Shown in pieces: positions 47,334 to 48,129 of a DNA stretch of 48,129 nucleotides (position 1 is the stretch's first letter; every line of letters starts with the position of its first letter). Source of the DNA: Hyphomicrobiaceae bacterium (lineage in GTDB: Bacteria; Pseudomonadota; Alphaproteobacteria; Rhizobiales; Hyphomicrobiaceae); assembly GCA_031365375.1 (NCBI GenBank), contig JANLXZ010000253.1:1-48129 (forward strand), in the 5' to 3' direction. The notes below the pieces were generated by a model. The model was not told where the DNA came from, made no database searches, and saw only the letters and a list, made by a program, of their open reading frames with translations. The position numbers were made by a program, and so were the translations under genes.

Positions 47334-47873
47334 ATGCTCCATACCTCCTTCGCATCTCGCTTGACGTGGATCACACCCGATTTTGCCGTCACTTCGGCGC
47401 CTGAGGCTGCCGACTTCGCCCGTTTGGCGGAATGCGGGATCAGAAGCGTCATATCCAACCGGCCCGATGGTGAGGAAGCCGGTCAAATGCTTGCCAAGAC
47501 CGAAGCAGCGTGCGCTTGGCGCGCCGGAATGAATTTCCGCCATGTGCCCGCCGCCAAGCACGACCTGTTCACTGACCAAGTCGTCGAGGGGATGGCGGAT
47601 GCTTTGCGAGGACTTAAAGGTCCAGTAGTTGCCCACTGCAAATCCGGCCTCAGATCGGCGATCATCTGGGCCGCAGCTAGCGCTCGCAGCCAACCCGTCG
47701 ACTGTGTGCTGGCCGCCCTCGACAAAGCCGGATTCGAGCTCGAGGCAATTCGCGATGATCTCGACTCACAAGCCGATCGAAAGCGCTGGCTCGGTGTTTC
47801 GAGTTCGCTCGATTGCAACGCGGAAGCGCTGCGCGAAATTGCCACTCTTGCCACATCGCGAAGCGCCGCTTGA
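47334..47873 (+). CDS. DUF442 / TIGR01244-type CX5R (protein-tyrosine-phosphatase-fold, sulfur-transferase-like) protein
   Basis: SVISNRPDGEE and the active-site loop VVAHCKSGLRS (C-x5-R). Divergent from the Lrp gene. Confidence 0.78.
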   Translation: MLHTSFASRLTWITPDFAVTSAPEAADFARLAECGIRSVISNRPDGEEAGQMLAKTEAACAWRAGMNFRHVPAAKHDLFTDQVVEGMADALRGLKGPVVAHCKSGLRSAIIWAAASARSQPVDCVLAALDKAGFELEAIRDDLDSQADRKRWLGVSSSLDCNAEALREIATLATSRSAA

Positions 47874-47885
47874 CTGAGTGTTTGT

Positions 47886-48129
47886 TCAGCGTGCGAGCCC
47901 GGCGCTTTGACTGGAGGGTAGTCCCTCTCGCAGTGCTCTTTCGAGTGCTGCATTGCCGGCGCGATCGGCAATCGCTTCCGGCACCACCCACAAGCGGTAA
48001 CTACCCGCCGTGACAGGGCGGCGGCAGACAAGCCTCATGCCTTCGATGCGGCAATCGGAGTCTACATCGATGATCTGGCTTTCGCGACGATCGTGGGCCA
48101 AAACCTTCATGTCAACCGGCTGCACGAAG
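47886..48129 (-). CDS. Hypothetical protein, C-terminal fragment (ORF open to window edge)
   Basis: An open frame from the window end down to a TGA at 47886..47888. I recognise no motif, so coding status and identity are uncertain. Confidence 0.3.
   Translation of the reverse strand, partial: FVQPVDMKVLAHDRRESQIIDVDSDCRIEGMRLVCRRPVTAGSYRLWVVPEAIADRAGNAALERALREGLPSSQSAGLAR

Noticed and set aside
1-48129. Search by eye for tRNA/rRNA genes, CRISPR arrays, IS elements or transposases, integrases, phage genes, toxin-antitoxin pairs and riboswitches in the intergenic regions (1583..1722, 5060..5253, 10179..10428, 15935..16107, 18953..19080, 24136..24267, 25858..26009, 31033..31186, 33860..33930, 36706..36921, 39487..39778, 47130..47333).
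   Set aside because: I recognised none. Detection without covariance-model tools (tRNAscan, Infernal) is weak, so absence is provisional, especially for small RNAs in the 293-nt nuoE/yajC divergent region.

Overview
Gene-dense chromosomal core segment of about 47 CDS from a moderately GC-rich alphaproteobacterium. It is most likely Hyphomicrobiales/Rhizobiales. That placement is an inference from the ccmI-ccmE-ccmF-ccmH(cycHJKL)-degP-two-component-glnE order and the yajC-secD-secF-Mth938-like-phytoene-synthase-like cluster. Left to right: era(partial)-rnc-lepB; an RraA-like gene, a TauE/SafE permease, a DapA-family lyase and a GST; a SixA-like phosphatase followed by a translationally coupled YcaO-TfuA pair; a class III cyclase/TPR gene broken by an internal deletion; trpG-trpD coupled to a family III CoA-transferase; pepN; a histidine-kinase-like ORF with a degenerate ATPase domain, convergent on an ECF sigma / anti-sigma / Spy-CpxP-like operon; glnE coupled to an OmpR-type two-component system; degP; a trypsin-like protease; ccmHFEI; a glycine-zipper lipoprotein; a second two-component system; a 924-aa serralysin-like RTX metalloprotease; a Lys/Glu-rich small protein; an isolated nuoE-orf-nuoF module; yajC-secD-secF and homologues of complex I assembly factors; a large secreted SGNH-type hydrolase; an Lrp regulator; a DUF442-type CX5R protein. 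By eye I saw no rRNA, tRNA, CRISPR array, IS element, integrase or prophage genes. The strongest candidate for an undescribed system is the orphan YcaO-TfuA (backbone thioamidation) pair, which has no co-localised precursor, protease, transporter or immunity gene. The next most interesting items are the nuoEF module detached from any nuo operon beside the assembly-factor homologues, the pseudo-kinase, and the decayed cyclase. All family calls come from motif recognition in the supplied translations. No database search was run.
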